Of a DNA stretch of 64,000 nt, positions 37,846-50,220 are shown one piece after another. The translations under genes and the position numbers were made by a program. The stretch is from NCBI GenBank assembly GCA_013115145.1, contig JAAPAO010000102.1, positions 1-64,000 on the forward strand. The letters are read 5' to 3'. The notes below the pieces were generated by a model. That model did no database searches. It was not told the origin of the DNA and worked only from the letters and a program-made list of their open reading frames with translations. Numbering within the stretch: position 1 is the stretch's first letter; each line of letters starts with the position of its first letter. The stretch comes from Perkinsus chesapeaki ATCC PRA-425 (taxonomy: Eukaryota > Protista > Perkinsozoa).

Positions 37846-38293
37846 TTAGGCACCGATCTTCCTGGTGTAGATGAGAGCACGAGAGTGAGGCTGGCCGACC
37901 CTCTGGATCTGACCGGTGCTCTCGAGCATACGGAGGGCCTGGCGAGCCAAAGAGCCGTTAACCTACAACAAGAACCGTAACTCTCAGTAAGCCTAACGAC
38001 TGCAGCTGAGCACTGGCGACCCTGTACTACCTTAATACGCTCGGACACAATGGCGGGGGTGATAAGCTTGGCTTTGGGAATCTCCTTCTGGAGCTTGGAA
38101 ACAGTGGCCTTGTCCCAGCAGACAGCGTTGTTAAGCTTCTCCTGGACCTGTAAACCGATACCGATGAATTCTAGACCATTAGAGTAAAGTGTGGTATTAC
38201 CTTTCCCTTGGACCACTTCTTCTTCTTACCCTTGCCACCGGCCATAGCGGCCTTGGCCTTTGCCTCCTTTGACTTTTGAATCTTAGGTCCCAT
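37846..38293 (-). CDS. RPS25: 40S ribosomal protein S25 (eS25)
   Basis: MGPKIQKSKEAKAKAAMAGGKGKKKKWSKGK..EKLNNAVCWDKAT..KEIPKAKLITPAIVSERIKV..ALIYTR. Confidence 0.93.
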
Positions 38294-40387
38294 GCCGAAA
38301 CAGACCTGCTCGCGGACTGAGTTTGAGGTGGAGAACCCGTCGCGGAATTAGCTGTAAGCAAATCGATCACTCGGGCGTGCGAGAGATGAAAATCGACAAA
38401 CCTGCGCAGTGTTTACAGCGGAGCGATGTGGCTGGCATGCTTGTCACAGTGAAAGGTGAAGCCGTGCTATCTGGGATCTAACGCATTAAAGCGATTGCTA
38501 AGCAATAGGGTATCCTTGGGTGGATAATTACGCTCCAAGGGAAAGTTGAACGGAGTAAAAAAGTTGGATATTTTGGAGGTCGGGATATGTCCCAATGTGT
38601 TCAACACAGGAGTATTTTGGAGGATGATCAAGGGGGGATTAAGTTTGTTAGCAGCCATCAGACTTGAGAGATAGATCTTCCGTTCTCTTCTTAAGAAGCA
38701 TCGCTGAGCTAGTCCAACGAACCCGTCTGAGGTGAACCCATGACAGTACGCGAATTAGAGGCTACCATATACTTAGGAATAAACTGTAACACTCGGCTAC
38801 TTAGTTAACTTCACTGCGGGCGTGAGACCCACTTCTCAACTGCATAATTAGCCTGCTGAACTGGCCCTTCAATGGGCTACAGATTGCACAATGAGACACA
38901 ATCGCGCACCGTATAAATCTGCAACAGCAGCTGCACCGTCATGGTTCCACACACGAGTACTCGTGGTTCGATAACAATACTTAACGAACAAGAGCTTGTA
39001 GATCATGAGCATTCTCCTCAGCGCTCTTCGTACCCCGGCCAATATGTCTCCTCATCCACGTAGTTGTGTATAGTTGAATCCGGTTGCTGTTCGTTGCTCA
39101 TGGATCGTCACCCCCTAGTTCGACCATAGTAACTTCGATTTCGACGGGCAAACGAGATCTACGTTAATATTGTCGTTTAGTAGCCTCGAGTTCCCCTGGG
39201 AGGAGGTGGTTCAAGAACTTCAAATTCGCCACAATCGTCTAGGAGTAACAATTTCGGAGCTTCAGTGAAAACAATTTCGACTATAGGAAATTCAAGCTCG
39301 ACACATACTTCCTAACTCGACAAGGTTGACTTAGAATCATAGAATACCAAATCCATGCTAGAAAAGAAAAGCAATGCTTCATTAGACTAGTTGTTTTATT
39401 CAACCTCTGTGCTCTCATCTCAATCTACCGGCCTCAGTTCGATAACGCTTTGCGTTGTTTCGAGTGCACCTGAGACCATGTTGCGTTCTCAATTGCCGGG
39501 TAAACAGTATGACCTCATCTTAGGGTCCAGCGCTACCATGCTGGTATCATCATCACCACCTGTAAAGCGGTTAGCTACCATTGCTGCACCGCGTTTGGTG
39601 AGGGGGAGGAAGCCGCCGGCTAATACTCGAGATGTAACCTACTATCCTAGTACGAACGTTTGCCAAGGCATCTATGTAGTCGCCGAAATCCACAAGCTCG
39701 ATTGGCTTCTACGAGCAGCTGGCTCGCGAGAGCCCCCTGTGCAAAGCCGCACTGGAGTTGAGGTCTCGAGCAAGAACAGAACGTCGATCACCGAAGTTGC
39801 AGAAGGAATGGGCAGGGCTAGCCCGGCGTATCACCGCTTCGGTAAGTGGAGAAAATTTGCGGTTTGTGATTTCGGCGATGGCAGGCGGGCGATTTGAAGC
39901 CCAGCGAGGCTGCGGTTTTGTGTCATTTTCTGTCGGGGAATCTCCCACAGGACCACAGGGATGCGAAGGAAGCATTGGCTGCAGTAGCTGCGTCTCACTT
40001 TTATTCGAAGCTGGCAAACTGGACGGGGAAAGTGAGTTTGGGACGGTGGAAATCGGTTTGCATTATTGTCGTTAACTTGGGCTCGTTTACCTGAGTATTT
40101 CGTCGCAGTAAGCCTCTTATGCCAGATAGATTCCGCCTAGTGGTGAAGCACGGGTTCTACGGGTCAGTTGTTGGTCGAACTGCGCCCTCGGACTGGCAGG
40201 CCAACTCTTTGTGGATAAACTAGGCAGCATCAAACCATCGTTGCTCTTCATCATCTCTGTCCGAGTTCCGGTTGAATTTTGCACACCTCGCTTAGGGCCC
40301 TTGCTCAGCGTACTTACTCTGAAACCAGTCGCCCACTGTCGCCGTCCGCCCCCGGACGAAATCCCCGGGCAGCTCGAATACCCTGCA

Positions 40388-42660
40388 ATGCTGGCCGTTG
40401 CAACAGCACACGGCGGATGTTGCTCTGTTATTCATTTAGTGTACAGAGCATTAGGTCTGGTTTTATTTAGGAGCTCGCCATGTGGTCCACCGCGGCAACG
40501 GTACATTTCCCCATTGTCACTCGAGAGGCTTATCGAGTCTTCCTGGATCACATAGGGAAGAACATCGATCACCTGGATGCGAACGACGCCGCTGTGCTGG
40601 CCTCAGCGCTGATGCGGAACAAGGAAAAGATGCATTCTAGTCTGAGGAAGCATGTCAACGATGTGAGAATGCACTCTGTGGGATTCGAACCTGCGCCGTT
40701 GTGTGGCCGTATTGTTATATTGACTACTATATTGTGAACTTCGATACATTCTCTCCCACGTAATTCCAGCGTCAGTTATTCATCTCGACTCGACGTGCCT
40801 AACAAACGCGGGCCCGTTTTATAATAGTCGTATCAGGATGAGACTGCAGTATATGCTTTCTATTTGCACTGAGCTGCGTATTCAAGACTTTCCTCCATTT
40901 ACCGTAAGCTCACGTGTACGCCTCACACGCTGCAGCCTGCGGTTGTATTCAGCCTCTCGAGCTAGGTTGAGCTATTACTACCGCTGGTCTGTACTGTTCT
41001 ACTGGAATATCTTCCTTGAGGGGTGAAAGTATCCCTACCGCGAAGATATCTTCTTTAAAGGGGGGAGCTCCGAATGCTAACCTCCTGAGAGTATTTGAGC
41101 ATCTCTATCACTTCTTAGGTTGCGAGGAATCTGGTGAAGTCGCTTCCAGCAAAGTTGCCATCAATGACCCCGATGTCGATAGTGCAAGCTGCCCAACTAG
41201 TCCCCGCTGGCAAGGTCGGCACTCACCGGCTGATCATGCAAGAGCTGGCCACTCGAACCGACATCACAGCCGCTACGTGGGGCCAGATCCTGCGACTCTA
41301 TGCCGAGGGGAATAATGAGTGGATTGGTGAGGTGTGGGGGAAGATAAACGAAGCTTTGTTGGCAGCCGATGGCAAAACGACGGCGATTGTTCTCAACGCG
41401 CTCGCTCGAGCTCACCCGAAAAGCGCTAACATACGGCAGTTCGTTTTGCAAGTAGAGGAGCGGCCAAGGGGCTGGGACGTGCACAGTGCGGCCATCACGT
41501 GCATTTCCATGGCGAGACTTGGTCAAGTCCAGAATGCCATCGACAGCCCTGAGCTCGACGGCAACTTCGCGAAGCTGCAAGAATACCTGCTCACGCAGGA
41601 CCTACGGCGATCAAGTATGTTGCAGTTGAAGCAGATTGCATTAGGGTTTTCCTTGGCCTTTAACACCAAGGTTTCTAAGGAGCTTTGGAAAGCCATAGCT
41701 TTGGCGGCTGTCGACGAGCAGATCCCGGGCACGGCGGAAGACCGAATAGGTGTCTTAGGGTGCCTGTCGACCGGATATCCACTGGGCAAGGCAACCCGAG
41801 AAATTGAAGCGCTTGTGAAATCGGTCGGTGAGAAAACCGATTTTCGAAAGTTGAGCTCCAGAAGCCTGAACCTGTTTACAATGAAGCTGGTCAAGATGCG
41901 ATATTTTCCGAGTGACACCATGGCCAAAGTCGAGGCGTGCATTGTCGAAGATCCCGATAAGTTCGTTCCGAACGGTGAGGCCGTACTCTCGGTGATTCAC
42001 TACCTATTTGCCTGCAATTCTGGCAACCTGGCGTTGTGGAAAACTGTCGAGGCCAAACTGAATGCGTTGCATGAGACGATGCGAACGGAGGATCTGTTGC
42101 CTTCTGTGGGCTTCATGACTACCTCCAACCGCCGCCCTTCGGAGAGCGTCGCAACTGATGTGTTGGCGCGTTCAGCAGAGCCGGGAGCGGACGTGCAGGA
42201 AGCTTTAAGAGCACTGGTTGGGTTGTGCAAAGCGGATCTCGCGCTTGATCTGCCTGTGCATCACCCAACGCTGGAAATCCTGATGACTATACACAAGAAG
42301 GAGCTTCAAACGGAAGTTTTGCGCGACTGTATCGATATGGTGTGCCAGGTGGCTCTCTATTCTGGGTCCTCTGAACTGATATGCGAAATAATTTGTAATT
42401 TTTCTAAAGTCAAATTGCGGAATACCAACATGGCTTGGCTAGCTTGGTCTTCGGCTATGCTGAGCTCCTTGGAGCTGCTGCCGGTGTCGCTCATACGATC
42501 GATGCTACGCGTTAATCTGGATTATCGTCATCCAGTTGCAGGGCTCTGCCGTGATAGTCGGATGGCCCGAGGGGTCCAAGAAGCTCTTGTGAGCCTCGGC
42601 CACGACTTCAACGCAGAAAGCGTGATTGGCGGGTTTCAGATAGACTTTGTTTCTACGTGA
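40388..42660 (+). CDS. Helical-repeat organellar RNA-binding protein with the start of a RAP-like domain
   Basis: Long alpha-helical ORF 41134-42660 ending in VQEALVSLGHDFNAESVIGGFQIDFV, which is RAP-domain-like. An upstream exon reads LDANDAAVLASAL. The 5' and 3' ends are uncertain. Confidence 0.55.
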
Positions 42661-42788
42661 GAGTTTTTTGTTGTGTTCGCAGTCCCGATCGAACGAAGTG
42701 TCCGCATTTCAGTGGGAGATTCTGGTACTCCGCAAAGCACCCGCAACCGACTAATCGGAGTGAGCTCGATGCCAACAAAGACCGTATA

Positions 42789-42860
42789 TAACCCCGGCGG
42801 GACTTGAACCCGCAACCTTCGGCTCCGGAAACCGACGCGCTTCCATTGCGCCACGAGGTC
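42789..42860 (-). tRNA. trnR: tRNA-Arg(CCG), copy 1
   Basis: GACCTCGTGGCGCAATGGAAGCGCGTCGGTTTCCGGAGCCGAAGGTTGCGGGTTCAAGTCCCGCCGGGGTTA; cloverleaf; no immediate T4 terminator. Confidence 0.88.
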
Positions 42861-43108
42861 GACAAGTATCCGAAATCAACAACTGGTTTATCGTAATAGA
42901 TAACATTATGTTACCACTCTTCCGCCAAATCGTCAATGAATAAGACGAGTGAGGGCCTAAAGAGGATGTCTTTGTTTAACCTTAGATCGCAACATTTGTC
43001 TATACGACTATTCCACCGATGATGATACATACGCTACATCCGAACCAATTTAATTGGAAACTGGATGAAAGAAACTAGATAGCTGAGGTGGCTTATTCTG
43101 AAACCATT
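42789..43108. repeat. 320-bp segmental duplication (tRNA-Arg plus 5' flank), copy 1; copy 2 is at 46404-46723
   Basis: Direct comparison shows about 6 mismatches over 320 bp. Confidence 0.92.
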
Positions 43109-43491
43109 CATGTCAAGATATTTCTCTGTGTAGCAAATGGTGCTCAGCGGACTTCGTTGTTTGCCGCTGGTAGTTCGTCACGGGCGTGGTTCAACCTCGG
43201 TCGTAAATACAGTATACGACAAATGATTTCACTTTAGGTAATCCTCATTAAGCATCCTCATACTTGAATGGACCATCCACCAGCAAGTTGCTTCCAATTT
43301 ACAAGTAGACACGACATATTATGATTTGCTTGGAAAACTAACGAGAACAGCGACGCGAGCGCGGAGATCAGATCCTAGTCGCATTTCTGGCATTCGGCAA
43401 TGGGATGGATAGTGATAGAGATAGTAACGGATTAGTCGCATTGGGCTGGGCGAAACAGCGGCGTTGTTGAAGGATTCTGCGGGGTGTATCT

Positions 43492-44594
43492 CATCTGAAC
43501 CAGTATAATTACGTCCAGTGGCCAGTTGGTCCAGTGGTGTCATTTTCTCTTCTCTGTTGATCCACCATTATTTCATCCATCGTTATTTCATCCAGCTTGG
43601 CAGTTTTGCTGTCGTTTCAAAAGAGAAATGCGTTTCAGATGTGTTCGTCCAGTACCATTTCATCCAACGTACACGTCCCGCTTCAACCCAACTGTGGTAG
43701 AGCACTTTGGGAAGCTTCATAGTATGATACAACCTAAGCAACCACGACGATACCGCAATACACGTAACTTAATAAGCTCACACATATTAATACATCAGAA
43801 ATATGCGGCTGCAGAAGAGGTGTTGGAGCCTGTTTGCAACGGGTTGTTGCAGGGTGAACCTCATCGTAGGCGTCCCTTGGTGACGCGGGACCTTCTCAGC
43901 TCTGGTTAGAACAAGGCTGCAGGTTTTTAGATGAGTGACACGTATATTGACAATCAGGTAGAGAGTTAGGAGATGGGTGCCAAGTGGTTCCACAATATTG
44001 TGGGAAGTTAGCGTTACAGGTTCGCTGAAGTGTTAGTCCAAACTCTTTTCGGTTGGTACTGGGTTTTTGATGATTGTCACCACATACCAGTCCGTAAAAT
44101 AATCGGTCATATTTATCATATTGGTCTGAGGATCTCAGACAGAGAGAACTAAAGCGAGTTGGCAGGAGACGTATATGAACCAAATTGTTAAGCGTGTGAT
44201 AATATGCTTCGGCCAAGTTCGATTTTCTTTCACTGCAGCCATCACTGAGTGTTTTCGACGAACGTGGGAAGGATGTCGATGACTTGGGGCCCTTGGGTTA
44301 AATCCAACAAGATATGAGCTCGATCAAACATGTAGGGCAAGGACAATAGGCAATAAAAAACAACTAAGAGAGGAGTGATTACTAATGACTAATAGGCATA
44401 TGGATTCCCCGACGGAATCATAACTCAGGCGTTTCAGAGGCAGGTTAGAGCCATGTCAGAGTTCTTCAGAGTCGCATTAGCCTAGCAGTTAGTCCGGTGG
44501 TAGCCGAAGTGAGATGGAGGGGGTGTGAGTATGAGTGTGGGTGGAATAAGAATGGACTAACTGGCCACTGGACGTAATTAGACTGGATCAGATG
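43492..44594. repeat. Pair of 42-bp inverted repeats (43492-43533 and 44553-44594) enclosing about 1 kb
   Basis: CATCTGAACCAGTATAATTACGTCCAGTGGCCAGTTGGTCCA is the reverse complement of TGGACTAACTGGCCACTGGACGTAATTAGACTGGATCAGATG, with 3 mismatches. Confidence 0.8.
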
Positions 44595-45461
44595 GGTTAC
44601 CCCGGATTCTGCGCAGTCTATGTGCATGCGTGCTATAATAATCCATAGCTAAGCGGCCGACGCGGTTGGTTATGGCCTGCCCTTGGTGTGTTCTTCATTA
44701 TCACTACTATCTCTAGCGTAAGCTAACTATCCCTCAAGGTCCCTCCTGTTGTGTTAACGCATCTGAGCCTCTAGTCCTATATCAACTAACTAGTTAACTA
44801 GCAATATGCACGCATGGGCCGAGTAGCTACATCGTGAGGGGGGGGCAACGTAACAATTTGATGCCATAATTGGGGCCCAGTCAGCCACAGGAATCGTAGC
44901 CTCAGGTCAAAGGGCATGCACTGTTTGAAGCCTGGAACACCTGAGACGGAGCGGGCAATGCTCCAACGGGAAAGGTGCATGACGTGCGTTAATCGCATAA
45001 CTCGCTCTGACTTTTCAAGATTTACAGTATCGCTCAAATCATAGACGCCCACAGTTGGATTACCAATAAGTCATTGTCCCTTTAGTGCAAATTCGACTCT
45101 ATGGTAAGCCTTACCAGGTAAGGGCTAGCAGCTTTGATTATCAGTCCTGTAAGATGCGACTGAAAAAGAAACTCAAGGTGAGCCCAGCAGATGTAGCTTT
45201 ATACGCCACGCGAGAGAAAAGCCACGAGAGTATGGTCACCGCCAGTGACTCACTAGCCGTGAAAGAGTTATCGACATGATTAGAGACGTAGAGATCTGTT
45301 CGTAAAAGGAATGAGGGAATAGGGCGAAGCCTGTCGATGTGCGAGCAGGGACACGTGGTTCAACTTGTTTGATTGTTGCAAGTCTGACAAGGAAAGTTCC
45401 AGTCTGAGCATCCGTGCGGTGACGGCTATCCGCCACAGCAAACCTGTAGTGGAGAACAACT

Positions 45462-45890
45462 ATGACAGCGATGGTCTCTCATGTTCGCCATTTTCTCATC
45501 AGCGTCGTGACTAGCCTCGTTTGCCTGCCGCACGGGAGTCTGCAGTATCCCCAGGGTACATACATTACCCAGGATACCGATTGGGTAATCACTGGTAGCC
45601 TGTCCTTTCACAAAGGCGAGTCCCTGTTCGATATAGACGTAGAAATGGTATTGCGGAATTTTATTGGTAACGAGGTTGACTGTGACGTCGTAGCTGATAA
45701 CGTACCTTACAGCATGGGTCCTTCTAATGTTATCCTTATTACTATGACACCTGATTTGGAAGAAAGCTTGAGGCCTTGCTACCCCGTTGTGAAAAAAGGG
45801 GACTTCAAAAACATGACCTTCGACCCTCAGAAGGATGCTGTGGTTTATGACTACCGAGATGTGATGGAGGCATACTTTCTGAAAAAGTGA
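45462..45890 (+). CDS. Small intronless putative secreted protein
   Basis: 142-aa ORF with a signal-peptide-like N-terminus (RHFLISVVTSLVCLPHGSLQ) and beta-rich globular composition; no family recognised. Confidence 0.6.
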   Translation: MTAMVSHVRHFLISVVTSLVCLPHGSLQYPQGTYITQDTDWVITGSLSFHKGESLFDIDVEMVLRNFIGNEVDCDVVADNVPYSMGPSNVILITMTPDLEESLRPCYPVVKKGDFKNMTFDPQKDAVVYDYRDVMEAYFLKK

Positions 45891-46403
45891 AGTCGAGATA
45901 TCCGTGTGGATCTAATAATCCGATAATCCGATAATCGTACTCACCCATCCTCATCTCACTTGGTTGGGTCTAACCGATCATTCGTTGATAATACAGTAGA
46001 TATCTCTTTATGTATCCAACTTAAGTGTTCGAGTTTTTAAGTTCGGAGCTGAATGCATACCAATACATACTGTAGTTCTCCTGGAGAACTTCTCCACTCC
46101 AATGATAGGCAAATTCCGTAACGGCACTACCGTAAAAACCGATGGTCAACTAGCGTACCAACACTTTGAGGCTGACGTCGATGTCTACAACTTAAAATTT
46201 GATTCTACTCACTCGCCGATTCGCTCGCCGAATTGCCTCGCGATAAAGCCAGAAGGAAAAGTGAAGGGCCTCAGTGGCAAGACAAGTCAAGGGGAAGCAA
46301 GTCTTATGCCGCAAGACAAACAGCAGGAGGGCTGCCTCGCTGCTGCGACATAACTTGCTGGCGCTCGCAACAAACCTGGTTGAAGCAACTGACTGTACTG
46401 AAT

Positions 46404-46475
46404 TAACCCCGGCGGGACTTGAACCCGCAACCTTCGGCTCCGGAAACCGACGCGCTTCCATTGCGCCACGAGGTC
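46404..46475 (-). tRNA. trnR: tRNA-Arg(CCG), copy 2
   Basis: Identical to 42789-42860. Confidence 0.88.
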
Positions 46476-47078
46476 GACAAGTGGCCGAAATCAATAACTG
46501 GTTTATCGTGATAGATAACATTATGTTACCACTCTTCCGCCAAATCGTCAATGAATAAGACGAGTGAGGGCCTAAAGAGGATGTCTTTGTTTAACCTTAG
46601 ATCGCAACATTTGTCTATACGACTATTCCACCGATGATGATACATACGCTACATCCGAACCAATTTAATTGGAAACTGGATGAAAGGAACAAGATAGCTG
46701 AGGTGGCTTATTCTGAAACCATTGCAACACTGTTAACGGTTATCATGGCCTATATCGTTGTCCAAACAGGTTTTTGCTTATTCTCGAAAGAGCTATCGTA
46801 GATGTGACAGCCTACTCTTCAGTCACCCCACTATAGAAGAGGGCAGTAAGCCCTGGACGTATTCAGAGCCAGATTGAGCGGTTTCAGTCATTGCCTGCGG
46901 CTAGCAGGCCCCTATCGTTCTAGACTCGTCATTTTCCCGTCCATAAACTACTGCATGTCAGTTGGTAAAGGTACGTCGGTTTTGAAGGCACGGAGGTATG
47001 CTAACGGGAATTCGCCCTCACGATTCACATTGACGCGTTGAACCCTCAATAACTCAAATCACCACATCAAATGTTTTG

Positions 47079-48564
47079 TCAGAAAATAAATTCCTCGTCG
47101 GGGATATTGGTTCCTTTGCTATGGAGTTGCTCAACACGTTCCCGTCTGGAAGCCAATACACATTGCAAACAAGGATATTGCTCACTAACCTGCATCTTTC
47201 CATCTCAATCCTCTTTAATTCCCGTACTCGCTCTTCTCGCTAGAAAAAGAACAACTGCTAGGGCACAAAGGTTGAGAAGGGTTAGTCTTACCCGGGCCGC
47301 TGCCTCACTAGCCAGGCGCTGTTGCTCTTCCTTAGCTCGTCGACTGAACATGAAATGCCGTACTAACTTTCAAGGAAGATTTTACGCGTTATCGTCCATA
47401 ATTTTCTCAAGCTCCTCACTGCTACGCTGCTTCTCTTCCAGCTGCGATTTGAACTCATCCAAGAGTCGCCTCTTTTCGGCTGCTATCTCGACTGCCTGAC
47501 GAACAATACGCGGAGCCTCTCCTTGGGAAGTCTCCGACTATGTTTTCGGAAGCATTTCACATTAGGATAGATCGAATTCTGGCACCATCGAGGAAAGCAC
47601 AGTCTATGACCTACAACGTTCTCCAAGGCCTTCTCCCTCTCTTTCTCTTTTTCCTCCGCTAATCTTGTTTGGAATTCTCCACTCGCCAAAAACTCGCTCA
47701 GTCTTCTATCAACCTCTTCTACTATCCTGACCACATTAAGCATTAAGTTACCAACATTAACTCTCCCAGACCTTTTCTCCTCCTTAGCTTCAAGGCTCTT
47801 TTCCTCACAAACCGGGAGTGCCGATATTGGACCTAACCCTACTCTGCCGAATCTTCGCACCCCTTGAGATCAGCTGGCATCAATTTGTTACCTCTGCCCT
47901 GTGCTCGTCGCCTTCGATGTCTTTCACCTCTCAAATCCTCTTCTTCTGACTTTTCGCGTGACCGGTCCCTGATAGTGAACTTACACTTTAAACCGAAGTA
48001 AAAGTGCATTTCAGACGAGCGATTGGTGGCTGCTGAACAAGCCCATCACGCATCACATTTTGCCCGTCAGGAATCTGCGGACATGTATTGACAGCTTGTG
48101 GGACATGCGCATCGACAGCTTCTCCGTATCCCCAGGCAGGCTGCTACTCACCTTTGCCCGTCCCGGCTGCGTCTTTTATTGCCCTCGCGTTCTCGATACC
48201 CATATCCGAAGGAGTCTTCACCACGTCGCGTATCCCTACTTCTCCGTCGATGACGTTCTTCTCGCGAGCGACTTCTATCATCATCGCGACGGTGGTGATG
48301 GCGAGATCTCGAACTGTCCCTGCAAAACACGCTCATCCAGTGGCACGGAAAACTGCGTTAACCGCTAGAATTAGCGGCCATGCCTACCTGCCCGAATGTC
48401 CGCTGCTTTCTCGACGACTCCGAGGTGACCTGATTATGGGAGCGCAAGTTTCTCTCTCCCAGTCTGGCTTTCCTCAAGCCCGCCAAGCGACCCGCTTCTC
48501 ACCTTCGCTCTCGGCTTCGGTGACTTCTTGAAGATGAAGATTCCGAACGATGGTGTCGGTGCAT
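47079..48564 (-). CDS. Arginine/glutamate-rich RS-domain coiled-coil protein (ARGLU1-like)
   Basis: RS-rich N-terminus (MHRHHRSESSSSRSHRSRER..), then EEVDRRLSEF..EEKQRSSEELEKIMDDNARK. Confidence 0.7.
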
Positions 48565-48829
48565 CGGAACTAACGCTCACTAAAACCGCAGCTTTGAACG
48601 TCTCACTAGACCGTCATCACTAGCCAGTTCCGGTCAGTTTTAATTAGTCAGCCAGCTTTTCTCATGATAATGCCGCTAATTGTACCACGGGTTCCTCTCT
48701 ATAGCTCGCCACAGCGTGTAGGCTACCATGCGCCAGCCGTATTGGCCTCCATCGTATCGGTGACCTCACTACTACATGAACTCAAAGCGACGCTTTTTAA
48801 TAGTCAACAATGATACATTATTCCACCAA

Positions 48830-50076
48830 AAGCATGGTACACTGCTAACTGCGATAAGCACGTTGAAGAACGTAACCTCAGATGTCTTTGATGCTTTCAC
48901 TCAATCTGACATAATCGGCGATGGATCACGTAATCACTACCACAATTCTACCACAACATCGCTAGCGGTATCGCTAAGCCCCAATGAGCCAGGAATGAGC
49001 TTGGGTCTTCCCCTGCTATGTGGTCGAGATTGCGGCGGCCTCAAGGGTAGACTGCCTGGCTGCTGTTTTCCTCTGGTGCGGACTGGCGGGGTTGCCTAAA
49101 TGGTAGTTTCTGATAGATGCAAGCCCAATAGAGGTGCTACCCGCTGAGGATTTGCAAGGAATGGTGGAACCAACGACAACGCTCCTGGCAGTTGAGGAAG
49201 AGGGGTAGCGGGTACGGTGGTGTCCTACGAGGAATCAGAATCACTCTTGAATTTCATGTCTTAAAGGCTCCCCAAGTGAGTAAAAGAATAGAAAAATACC
49301 CGATGCAGGATTCGAACCTACGACCATCTGCTCCGTAGGCAGACATTCTATCCAGCTGAACTAATCGGGCGATGATTTCTTTCCTCAAATCGAATACTCT
49401 TTCAGATATTACCTCTGCGTCGGGGGGAGGATACATCGGTCTGGTCGCTGAAGACTCCTGAATGCACAAAATTGAACGGCGCCGAACACTCGTTCAAGTC
49501 GGCGGCAAACAACGCGAAACTATTTTATAGACTTCTCCTTACCACATCTGTTGCTTCGATTTCTCCACCAAACGAGACCGTGGGTGGTGAACTAGGGACT
49601 GCTCCAGATACCTATAACACAGCGTACTCATCTCCGCACATGACACGTGACAAGCCCAATTACCTCCGAGAACCGATGTCTTCCCAAAGACGCTCTTCCA
49701 CTACTGGAGAACAACTAACTACTCCATATGATACAATGTCCTACCTCATCGACCCTCGCTTTAACGAGCTCCGCTGGGAAGTTCGCTGCCGCACGTCCTA
49801 CAACAGCAAGACTATGCCCTCCGAAATCATGTCGCTTTACTTCCTGTATTCTCGCCAACTCTCGCATGCGCTCCGACACAGCCACGAGGCCCTCCTCCAA
49901 CTGCAAGAATCTCGCACCCACACTCTAAGATAGTTTCCGTCCCAACAACTGTGAGAACTCCCTACCTGTTCCACCAGGCTCAGAATCCTGCCTTCAATCG
50001 AGGGGAGGTCTCCGTCACCATCCTCGCCAGCATTATCGTGGACCGCTGGAGCATCGCCACTCCTGATAGGCGCCAA
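48830..50076 (-). CDS. Spliced hypothetical protein (coiled-coil); may be a C-terminal extension of the K+ channel gene
   Basis: Exon-like segments DLPSIEGRILSLVEQ, LQLEEGLVAVSERMRELARIQEVK..AELVKARVDE, and TPPYPLPLFLNCQERCRWFHHSLQIL. The linkage between them is unresolved. Confidence 0.45.
49297..49370 (-). tRNA. trnR: tRNA-Arg(ACG) with a bacterial/organellar-style D arm
   Basis: GCCCGATTAGTTCAGCTGGATAGAATGTCTGCCTACGGAGCAGATGGTCGTAGGTTCGAATCCTGCATCGGGTA; 74-nt cloverleaf followed by TTTTT. Confidence 0.92.
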
Positions 50077-50220
50077 TTCTAACCAGCCGAGGCCTCATTA
50101 GTACGTCGGGAGCTCTGAACTCCTCGGGGACACCTTTGCCTGTTTCGGCATCTCTCTAATCATCCGATGAGTTCGTTCTGAGGGAATTTTCAAATCTCGC
50201 GCGCCACAAAATTAACCCTT

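Noticed and set aside
38900-39900. Possible LINE remnant (RMLMIYKLLF..VW) and ORF 39391-39897
   Set aside because: No RT or endonuclease motifs; the resemblance is too weak to call.
42636-46558. ORFs starting MAQWKRVGFRSRR, MTIWRKSG and MSTSWRNG
   Set aside because: They are translations of tRNA-Arg and its duplicated flank, not proteins.
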